Positions 56,617-64,000 of a DNA stretch of 64,000 nt are shown here, one piece after another (within the stretch, counting starts at the first letter, position 1; each line of letters starts with the position of its first letter). Location of the stretch: the NCBI GenBank assembly GCA_965227775.1, contig OZ245777.1, positions 2,944,001 to 3,008,000 on the forward strand, in the 5' to 3' direction. The DNA comes from Phycisphaerales bacterium (GTDB lineage: Bacteria; Planctomycetota; Phycisphaerae; Phycisphaerales; UBA1924). The position numbers were made by a program, and so were the translations under genes. The notes beneath the pieces were generated by a model. It was not told the DNA's origin. It saw only the letters and a list, made by a program, of their open reading frames with translations, and searched no databases.

Positions 56617-57738
56617 TCAGGGCACAATGTAGGGGTCCGAACGCGAAATGTTCAGCGCCTTGGCCGGCCACGTCTCCAGGGCGTGACGCCAGAAAAAGCC
56701 GGGATCACCAAGACGGGTGCCCGTCGGGAACCACATGTCCGGATCCACCGCCTCGGCGTCGGTCATGAGCTTGACGTGGCCATCGAAGAACGCGAGGTGT
56801 CCGAGCACCTGCGTTGCGGCCACCTGCTCAGGATCGGTCTGCGTGCCATGGCGGAACGCGATGCGACGCATGTCCGGGTACTCACGCGGATTGGACACGT
56901 GCAGGCGGCGACCGTTCTCTCCCGGAGCCACGGTGCGATCGAGTTCTTTGCTGTCGCGCCATACCGCCCCAACGCCGCCGAACGCGCCGCCGTACCAGCC
57001 CGAGCCTCCGTCGCGAGTTCCCATCTCGTGGTCGAAATCGGGACGAGTGTCGCGATACGCGTAGCGGTGACCCTCGAAAACGGCCACCTTCTGGTAGAGC
57101 GTGCCCACGTTGAACAAAAACGGCTTGTAGTTTCCACGATCCTGGCCCGACCGGGGGTCGGTACCGCCCTGCGAACGTGGTTTGGTGCTCGACGTGAACT
57201 GGGTGCTCATGTTGTAACCGATCATCCGACCGGTCGTCCAAAACGGAGTCGCACTCGGCCACGGGGCAGCCTGGAAGCGGTTGGCCGGGCAGATGTACTC
57301 ATCGACCTGTTCGCGGTACCAATCAAAGCGCTCCGAGCGGAACTTCTCGCTATCGCGCGTGCGCCCTTCGATACGAACCCCCTCGCCCGGGCCGATTCGA
57401 CCGTTCATAAACGCGAGCGGGCCCATCCAGTCCCACGTCTGCATCGCGATGCCGTTGTACACATCAAAGCTCGCGTCGTAGCCACTCGTGTCGGGGCCAC
57501 CAACCACCGCGTCTTTGTACTCATTGGCATAGACGTTGATGCTCTGGACGATCGAGCGCAGGTTGCTCGCGCCCTTCACCTGTCGAGCCACGCCCCGGGC
57601 CTGACCGAGTGCGGGAAGGAGGATGCCGATGAGTAGCGCGATGATCGCGATAACCACCAGCAGCTCGATGAGCGTGAAGCCTCGCGTGCGAACGAGTCTC
57701 AGAGAAAAAGCCGATCGCGCGAACTGCCGATTGAGCAT
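56617..57738 (-). CDS. prepilin-type N-methylation / H-X9-DG (DUF1559-like) protein
   Basis: [39 protein letters not shown]. Confidence 0.9.
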   Translation of the reverse strand: MLNRQFARSAFSLRLVRTRGFTLIELLVVIAIIALLIGILLPALGQARGVARQVKGASNLRSIVQSINVYANEYKDAVVGGPDTSGYDASFDVYNGIAMQTWDWMGPLAFMNGRIGPGEGVRIEGRTRDSEKFRSERFDWYREQVDEYICPANRFQAAPWPSATPFWTTGRMIGYNMSTQFTSSTKPRSQGGTDPRSGQDRGNYKPFLFNVGTLYQKVAVFEGHRYAYRDTRPDFDHEMGTRDGGSGWYGGAFGGVGAVWRDSKELDRTVAPGENGRRLHVSNPREYPDMRRIAFRHGTQTDPEQVAATQVLGHLAFFDGHVKLMTDAEAVDPDMWFPTGTRLGDPGFFWRHALETWPAKALNISRSDPYIVP

Positions 57739-57869
57739 GCCGCCGTTCCTCCCGCTTTAGAACAATCCGGTCAGCAAGGTCCGGACGAGCCCAATGTTAG
57801 CTGGTCCAAAACCCCCGCACGAGCGTCTGAGGACGGTCTGGATCCCCGCCGAACGGTCTTAGCGCGGGC

Positions 57870-59183
57870 TTAATCACCAATGGTGTCGCTTGCCGTCGTC
57901 TGCGTACCCAATTCCAGCAATGCCGCGGCGGCTGCCCCGCGCCCACTCCGCACCGCACTCTCCATCGTGGCCGGCCAGCCCGTCGAGGTCGCGTCGCCGG
58001 CGATGAAGCAGCCCTGATCGGCGAGTCTGCCGGCACCGGGCCGCCTGGGCTGGAACTCGGGCGAAGCCGCGAACGTCGCCCGCCGCTCGAGCACGGGCCG
58101 GGCCCAGTGAACCCTCGCCTCCCGGGCCGCTGGGAGATAGCCGGCGATGTCGGCAACCGCTCGCTCGACCGTCTCCGACTCGCTCAGTCCAATCCAGTCA
58201 TCAGCCGCACTCGCCACCGCGTGGAGGAGGCTCGGGTCCGCGTGCTTCGCGAAGACCCACTGGACATCGCCTTCCACCAGCACTGCGTGCGGCACATCGA
58301 GCACGGGGCGGTCGTACTGCACGTGCACGCCGAGGATGGGGCTGAACGTCACACCCTCGTAGGGCTCGCGGCCGTCGACCGAGACGAGCCGGTTTGCGGC
58401 CGATGGATCGAGTGCGCACACGACCGCGCCGGCTTCGAACGCGCGCCCGTCCGCGCACTCGACGCGGCCGGGCGCAATCGCACTGACGCGAGTGCCAAGC
58501 TCGACCCCCCCGCCAGACTGTTGCAAAATCTCGGGCACGGGCTCGTACAGCTCGGCGAGCGGAGTGATCGGGACACCAATGCTGGCATTGGCCGCCCCCG
58601 CCAGCATGGCCCCCTGAACGACGTGCAGCGCCACCTCGGCGCTCACGTGCTCGGGCTTCAGGTTACACGCGCTGACGATGAGCGGCTCCCAGAACCGCGC
58701 GATCGCACTCGCCGTGGGGTTGGTCGCGGCCAGCCACTCCAGGAACGGCAGTGCCGCGAGCGTCGACCGGTCAAGGCCCTGGGCCGCACGGGTGGCGCGC
58801 GCAAGGCTGCGTTTGTCTCCGATGCTCAAGAACCTCGCCCTGAGCAGCGATGGTGCGAAGGCGAGTGCGCCCGGCAGCGGGATCGCCCGCAGCGTGCTTC
58901 GACGCCCGCCGGGCTCAATCCAGGTTTGTCGCGTTCCCCACGCGACCTTGTGTGCAACACCGAGGCGCTCGAGGAACTGCACGTACACACGGCAGGCACC
59001 CATCGCGACGTGCTGGCAGTTGTCGAGCACCTCGCCCGTGCGCGCGTCCTCGAACGACCCCGCGCGACCGCCCAGCCGCCGGCGTGCTTCGAGCAGCGTG
59101 ACGGCGACGCCATGATCGGCCAGCATAACCGCCGCAGCGATGCCCGCGAGCCCCCCACCGACAACGATTGCCCGGCGTTCCAT
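57870..59183 (-). CDS. hpnE: hydroxysqualene dehydroxylase HpnE
   Basis: GGGLAG, LGGRAGS, DNCQH, AGD..TGWPATMESAVRSG; downstream of hpnCD. Confidence 0.9.
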   Translation of the reverse strand: MERRAIVVGGGLAGIAAAVMLADHGVAVTLLEARRRLGGRAGSFEDARTGEVLDNCQHVAMGACRVYVQFLERLGVAHKVAWGTRQTWIEPGGRRSTLRAIPLPGALAFAPSLLRARFLSIGDKRSLARATRAAQGLDRSTLAALPFLEWLAATNPTASAIARFWEPLIVSACNLKPEHVSAEVALHVVQGAMLAGAANASIGVPITPLAELYEPVPEILQQSGGGVELGTRVSAIAPGRVECADGRAFEAGAVVCALDPSAANRLVSVDGREPYEGVTFSPILGVHVQYDRPVLDVPHAVLVEGDVQWVFAKHADPSLLHAVASAADDWIGLSESETVERAVADIAGYLPAAREARVHWARPVLERRATFAASPEFQPRRPGAGRLADQGCFIAGDATSTGWPATMESAVRSGRGAAAAALLELGTQTTASDTIGD

Positions 59184-59186
59184 CGG

Positions 59187-60038
59187 TCAGGCTAACCGCC
59201 CGGCCACGAGCACGCGACGCCCGATCGCTCCGGCTGCGATGCCAAGCTTCGCACCCCCGCTGAGCGAGCTCGAGCCGCCCGCCCTGCCGAGCCGGCGTGC
59301 CACAAGCCGGTACGCGCGGGTCATCGCCCAGAGCGCCGGACCTGCGTCTCGGCGAACGAGCGATTCGAGCGATGCCGAAGCGTCGAGCATGTCGATCGCC
59401 TCGCGCAGGAGATCGTCTCGCACACGCGGATCGGTCGGGCCGGCATCGAGCCGGCGGAGCCGCTCCGCGGGCACATACCGTCGGCCCGCAAGCGCGTCCT
59501 CTTCGAGGTCGCGGGCAATATTGATGCGTTGCAACGCCCGCCCGCGCACGCCCGCGAGATCGCACGCCTCATCGCGGTCGACGCCTGCGCGTACACCCCA
59601 GATCGCCACACAGCACCGCCCAACGTTGCCCGCAACACGATCGCAGTAGGCATCAAGCTCTTCATCCGTGTCGAACTCGACGGATTCCAGATCAGCACGA
59701 ACGCCCTCGAGGAAGGAATCAAACCATGCGGGCCTGAGTTCGCACTGCTCTACGGCGAGTGCAAATGCGGGCCAGATACCGCCACCAGGATTACCAGCAA
59801 AGGCACTGAGGGAACGCGCCTCGAACCGGTCGAGCAACGCCGCTCGCTCGTCGGCTTCGGCGTGCAGATCGGCGGCGTCGTCGGCCAGCCGCATCCACGC
59901 ATAGACCGCGTGCATCGCATCGCGGCAACGAGCCGGCGTGAGTCGAATGCCGACGCCGAAACTCGAGCCGGCTTGTGCTGTAATCAGCTTGCAACATGCT
60001 ACCGACGACGTGACATCGCAGGGATCGGCGTCGATCAA
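59187..60038 (-). CDS. hpnD: presqualene diphosphate synthase HpnD
   Basis: SSF, YAWMRLADDAAD, YCDRVAG, QRINIARDLEED; TTG start overlapping the hpnC TGA. Confidence 0.85.
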   Translation of the reverse strand: MIDADPCDVTSSVACCKLITAQAGSSFGVGIRLTPARCRDAMHAVYAWMRLADDAADLHAEADERAALLDRFEARSLSAFAGNPGGGIWPAFALAVEQCELRPAWFDSFLEGVRADLESVEFDTDEELDAYCDRVAGNVGRCCVAIWGVRAGVDRDEACDLAGVRGRALQRINIARDLEEDALAGRRYVPAERLRRLDAGPTDPRVRDDLLREAIDMLDASASLESLVRRDAGPALWAMTRAYRLVARRLGRAGGSSSLSGGAKLGIAAGAIGRRVLVAGRLA

Positions 60039-61057
60039 TGCCGCGAGGCGTTCGAGTTCGTGCTTGTGTTCCGCCACGTGGGTGAATATAGCGATGCAAA
60101 GCCTCGCAACGCGATCCATGCGCGAGTTGCCGCGCCGACTCGCGGTCGTTTCCACAGCGTCGTGCAACCTTCGCGATCAATTTTATGCAGGGTGGCCCGG
60201 CCGCCCATCGCCATCATCCCGATCAGGGATCCCAGCCTTCCCTCTACCAGCGAGGGAAGACCTGCGCCTTGCTGGTACAGTTCATTCGTTCGATCGACGA
60301 GTGGTCGGAGTGCTTTGATGTATCGAATCCGCGCCGCGGAGTCCTCGGCCGTCTGGCTCCATGCTCGCAGCTGCTCGACGTCGAATCCGGTGTCTTCTTT
60401 GGGCAGGTAGACCCGGTCGCGTTCGATCAGGTCTTGGCGGACGTCCTGGAGGTGGTTTGTCAGCTGCAACGCGGTGCAGATCGCATCGCTCTTGCGCCAG
60501 GCATCGGCGTTGGAGGGCTCTTCCTCGGGCGGGCGGAGGCCCGCGAGCATGAGCACCAGCCTCCCGACGGGGTTGGCGCTCAGTTCGCAGTAGCCGAGTA
60601 GTTGCCGCCATGTCTGGTAGCAGAGCACGCGTTGGTCCATCTCGAATGCCGAAATCAGATGTCCGAACTCAGCCTTCGGCAGGCGGTGTTTCTCGATGGT
60701 CGGCCGCAGAGCCACGAGCACGGGGTGCGATGGATCGTCTCGGTCGAGTTCGTGCCGAAACCAGCCCAACAGCTCCAGCGCCCGGGCCCGCACCATTTCG
60801 GCGGGGGCATCAGCTCGAATCAGAGGATCGCGCTCATCGCCGAGATCGTCCGCCCAGCGGCAGAAGGCGTACACAGCGGCGAAGTCCTCCACGAGATCCG
60901 GTGGCAACAACCGGCCGAGCACCACAAAGTTCTCGCTCGCTCGTCGGGCAAAGGCGACTGCGTAGGCCCGGGCCTCAGACTGCGAAACGCCGGCGCAGTC
61001 TGGGCCGAAGTCGGCCAGCATCTCGATGGGCGGCTTGGTTGGGTCGAGGCGGGCCAC
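60035..61057 (-). CDS. hpnC: hydroxysqualene synthase HpnC
   Basis: ENF, YAFCRWADDLGDE, YCELSANPVGRLVL, LQLTNHLQD, RVYLP; GTG start with GGAGGT RBS. Confidence 0.88.
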   Translation of the reverse strand: MARLDPTKPPIEMLADFGPDCAGVSQSEARAYAVAFARRASENFVVLGRLLPPDLVEDFAAVYAFCRWADDLGDERDPLIRADAPAEMVRARALELLGWFRHELDRDDPSHPVLVALRPTIEKHRLPKAEFGHLISAFEMDQRVLCYQTWRQLLGYCELSANPVGRLVLMLAGLRPPEEEPSNADAWRKSDAICTALQLTNHLQDVRQDLIERDRVYLPKEDTGFDVEQLRAWSQTAEDSAARIRYIKALRPLVDRTNELYQQGAGLPSLVEGRLGSLIGMMAMGGRATLHKIDREGCTTLWKRPRVGAATRAWIALRGFASLYSPTWRNTSTNSNASRH

Positions 61058-61107
61058 GGCAGACCTCCGGCGCGAACCAACCCTACGCCGCCAACCTATC
61101 ATGTCGC

Positions 61108-62151
61108 GTGCGATTGATCCTACCGAATCCCAGGGGCTTCTGCGCCGGCGTGAGCATGGCTATCGACGTGGTCGATCAGGTGCTCGACTTGTGCCCGGGC
61201 GAACCTGTGTATGTCTACCACGACATCGTGCACAACAACCACGTGGTCGACCGGTTCAAGGCCCGGGGCGTGCGATTCGTTGAAGACGTCACGCTCGTGC
61301 CCGAGGGCTCGATCGTCGTGTTCAGCGCCCACGGCATTCCGCCGAGCGTGCGTCAGCAGGCCGCCGATCGCGGCCTACGCGTGATCGACGCGACGTGCCC
61401 CTTGGTGACCAAGGTGCACAACGAGGCCATCCGCTACGCCAGGCTGGGGTACCAGATCCTGCTGGTCGGCCACCGCAACCACCAGGAAATCATCGGTACC
61501 AGCGGTGAGGCTCCAGAGGCCACGCAGGTCGTCGAGAGCCCAAACGACATCCCAAATCTGAAGATCGATGACCCCGCCAAGCTGGTGTATCTCACGCAAA
61601 CAACGCTGAGCACCGACGACGCGGGCGTCATCATCGAGGCGCTCAAGCAGGCGTTCCCGGATATCAAGAGCCCGCCCAGCGAGGACATCTGCTACGCCAC
61701 GACGAACCGCCAGCACGCCGTGCGGACGCTCGCGCCGATGTGCGATTTGACGCTGGTCGTTGGCTCTACTCACAGCAGCAACAGCAAGCGGCTGACCGAG
61801 ATCAGCCAGCACGCCGGCACCCCAGGGCGACTGATCGACGACGCGAGCCAGATCGACTTTGGCTGGTTCACCGATCAGGATGCGACGGTGATGATCACCG
61901 CTGGTGCGAGCGCACCCGAGGATCTCGTTGCCGAGGTCTGCCGAACGCTGCTCGAGCGCTTCGGCGGAGATATCCGCGCGTGCGACGTGTTCGATGAAGA
62001 CGTCTACTTTGCCCCGCCCGCGGGCCTCAAGCAGATGATGCGTTCTCAGGGCATCGACCCGAAGGACCGGGCGATCCGAGTGCGGACGCCAGAGGTCACC
62101 GAGCAGGCGTACGGCGCCACTGCGCTGACGATCAGCGCACCGACTGGCTAA
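61108..62151 (+). CDS. ispH: 4-hydroxy-3-methylbut-2-enyl diphosphate reductase
   Basis: PRGFCAGV, IVHN, FSAHG, DATCPLVTKVH, QTTLS, ICYATTNRQ, SSNS, TAGASAP; GTG start. Confidence 0.97.
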   Translation: MRLILPNPRGFCAGVSMAIDVVDQVLDLCPGEPVYVYHDIVHNNHVVDRFKARGVRFVEDVTLVPEGSIVVFSAHGIPPSVRQQAADRGLRVIDATCPLVTKVHNEAIRYARLGYQILLVGHRNHQEIIGTSGEAPEATQVVESPNDIPNLKIDDPAKLVYLTQTTLSTDDAGVIIEALKQAFPDIKSPPSEDICYATTNRQHAVRTLAPMCDLTLVVGSTHSSNSKRLTEISQHAGTPGRLIDDASQIDFGWFTDQDATVMITAGASAPEDLVAEVCRTLLERFGGDIRACDVFDEDVYFAPPAGLKQMMRSQGIDPKDRAIRVRTPEVTEQAYGATALTISAPTG

Positions 62152-62468
62152 TCGAGGGACTTTGCCGACTCGGCTGCTCGCTCTGCCTCTGCTTGCTCGG
62201 CGATCGCCTTGAGCGCCCGGCCGTTCATGAGCGGGATGCTCGTGCGGCCGGTCGTGAGCACGACGCGGACGTATGGCTTACACATACCGCAGCCAGTGCA
62301 GCAGCCGGTGCGCTCGCTGAGCTCGTCTTGGGTCAGCCCTTCCTCGCGGGCCATCCGTAGCAGCTTCTCGAACGGCTGATCGAAGCAGACGCACCGCTCG
62401 ACGCGCACTCGCGTCGTTGGTGCGTCTAGGTCCGAGATGGCAGGTTGTCGTCCATTGACCTGTGCCAT
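62148..62468 (-). CDS. BFD-like [2Fe-2S]-binding protein
   Basis: CVC...GCCTGCGMC pattern. Confidence 0.8.
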   Translation of the reverse strand: MAQVNGRQPAISDLDAPTTRVRVERCVCFDQPFEKLLRMAREEGLTQDELSERTGCCTGCGMCKPYVRVVLTTGRTSIPLMNGRALKAIAEQAEAERAAESAKSLD

Positions 62469-62505
62469 GTTCCGGCCACAGTATCGGCAGCACGGGCATC
62501 AATTC

Positions 62506-63324
62506 TCAGCGCCAGGTCTTCCAATCGGGAATATAGCGAGGGTCGTTGTGGAGGCCCACAGAGCCGATGCCCTGCGCGGGCTGGGTCAGCCAATCGCGTG
62601 TGGCCCGATATGCCCTGGCGCTACCGTCCGCGTGCACGGCGAGGCATGACGCGCCCATGCCCAGGCCGCCATGGCGGAAGCACGTAGTTGGGTACTCGTT
62701 CTCCCGCCACCGCCCGCGCCCAGCGTACAGCATCGGCGGATCGAGCAACGCGTTGCTGACCGGAAGTGCTCTCGGGCCGCGGCTGATCAGCGTGTCGGCA
62801 AACACGATGAGATTGGAAGGATCGGCAAGCGAGGCAAGACGCTGGTGCGGGCGGTGCGCAATGTCGTACGACCAGCCGGGCGTGTAGGCGGGGCTTAAGA
62901 AATAACCGTTGTAGCCGTAGGTGCTGGTCGGAGCCCTGGTTGCGCCCTGGTGCGCATACGAGCCCGGACGCTGGGCGGGGCAGGCGTAGACGCCGAATTC
63001 GCCCGGAGTCGCATCGAGGTATGGCGAGAGCAGTCCACGGGCGTGGTCGAGTTGGCCACTGGCCGAGCCATCGGCGCCCCACCAGAAGACGTTGTCTCCT
63101 CCGCCGGTATCGCGGCGGTCGGTGTAGGCCAGTGGCATGGCCAGGCCATCGAAGTCACTCGCGTACAAGGCCCATCCCAGCCCGAGCTGGCGGAGGTTGC
63201 TGGCACACGCGGCGCTGCGAGCGGCATCCCGGGCGCCCGACAGCGCCGGCAACAGGACGCCGATGAGCGCACTGACGATGGCCGTGACGACCAGCACTTC
63301 AATGAGCGTGAAGGCCCGCCGCAT
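62506..63324 (-). CDS. prepilin-type N-methylation / H-X9-DG protein
   Basis: [41 protein letters not shown] overlaps the upstream TGA. Confidence 0.9.
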   Translation of the reverse strand: MRRAFTLIEVLVVTAIVSALIGVLLPALSGARDAARSAACASNLRQLGLGWALYASDFDGLAMPLAYTDRRDTGGGDNVFWWGADGSASGQLDHARGLLSPYLDATPGEFGVYACPAQRPGSYAHQGATRAPTSTYGYNGYFLSPAYTPGWSYDIAHRPHQRLASLADPSNLIVFADTLISRGPRALPVSNALLDPPMLYAGRGRWRENEYPTTCFRHGGLGMGASCLAVHADGSARAYRATRDWLTQPAQGIGSVGLHNDPRYIPDWKTWR

Positions 63325-64000
63325 CAGCACCCCGCCGAGAATGCGTTCTGAAAGCACAAGAAATCAAAGATGGTCAGCGAGCCATCGCCATCGCAATCAG
63401 CAGCGAGATCGCTGGCATCGAAGGCGTTCTGGAACGCGAGGAAGTCGAAGATGGTGAGCGAGGCGTCACCATCGAAGTCGGCGTAGCAGCCGCCTTCAAT
63501 GGCAAACGCCACCACACCGTCGACCCAGGCGCTCACGGCCACGCCGCCGGACACTGCTGGTGCTCCGCCGCCAAGGTCGGTGCCGTCGATGACGAAACTC
63601 GCGCTATCTGGATCGGCGTTCAGGTCCAGAAGCGCAAGGCCGCCACCCTGCGCGCCAACGAAGAGTACCGGCCCGCTCGGCGTGTCGAGCACCGCGGGCT
63701 GGTGGTCCCAGCCGCCGTAGCTCAGGTGCTCGCCCGGGTCGACCTCGCCGTTGCCGTTGAGGTCGTCCCAGGTCGCGTTCACAAGGTCCCAGAGCATCGC
63801 GCCCGAGGCATCGAAGAGCTGAACCGTTGCGATCGAGCCGAATCCGTCGATGCCGCCCGAAAGCACGATCCGGCCGTCTCTCAGCGCGATGGGCACCGCG
63901 TCCGTGCGCTCACAGGCGGTCGTCCACAGCTCTTCGCCGGTGATCGCGTCGAACTTGGCCATCACGCTGTTGCTGCGGCCACCAAAGAAGGCGTAGGTTG
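63324..64000 (-). CDS. PQQ-like beta-propeller protein with C-terminal GC-type dockerin (5' end outside the window)
   Basis: [39 protein letters not shown]. Confidence 0.8.
   Translation of the reverse strand, partial: TYAFFGGRSNSVMAKFDAITGEELWTTACERTDAVPIALRDGRIVLSGGIDGFGSIATVQLFDASGAMLWDLVNATWDDLNGNGEVDPGEHLSYGGWDHQPAVLDTPSGPVLFVGAQGGGLALLDLNADPDSASFVIDGTDLGGGAPAVSGGVAVSAWVDGVVAFAIEGGCYADFDGDASLTIFDFLAFQNAFDASDLAADCDGDGSLTIFDFLCFQNAFSAGC

Noticed and set aside
60035..60167. 133-bp overlap between hpnC and hpnD
   Set aside because: An in-frame TTG at 60038 gives an ordinary 4-bp TTGA overlap.
60610..61107. N-terminal extension of IspH in the 513-aa ORF
   Set aside because: It is antisense to hpnC; IspH similarity starts at the GTG at 61108.

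Overview
High-GC (roughly two-thirds by eye) chromosomal window, most likely from a Planctomycetota bacterium of the Phycisphaerales type. The taxonomic inference rests on four GC-type dockerin-anchored proteins, two prepilin/H-X9-DG proteins, hpnCDE and a stand-alone CoaB. Housekeeping content: pilT/pilB, coaB, rpsB-tsf, mnmG, hrpA, SRP RNA (ffs), tRNA-Val(GAC), hpnC/D/E and ispH. Accessory content: a FixL/FixJ-like two-component pair, a VWA/Gln-Glu-rich pair, several secreted or lipoproteins, a translationally coupled GCS2-CBS / M14 peptidase / GGT operon, and a low-GC RloA/RloB-type defence cassette. That cassette lies between a degenerate 21-bp (heptad) tandem array with GCACnGTGC palindromes and a helical+FN3 gene preceded by a perfect 21-bp palindrome with the same core. 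The most interesting signals are this composite 39.55-43.2 kb locus, the gamma-glutamyl ligase/peptidase operon, the SRP RNA with a UGAC instead of GNRA loop, an RluA-methyltransferase fusion, and a PilB that has lost its Zn-binding cysteines. All product calls come from motif recognition by eye; no database searches were run. Several starts were trimmed from the ORF track using RBS and overlap evidence.
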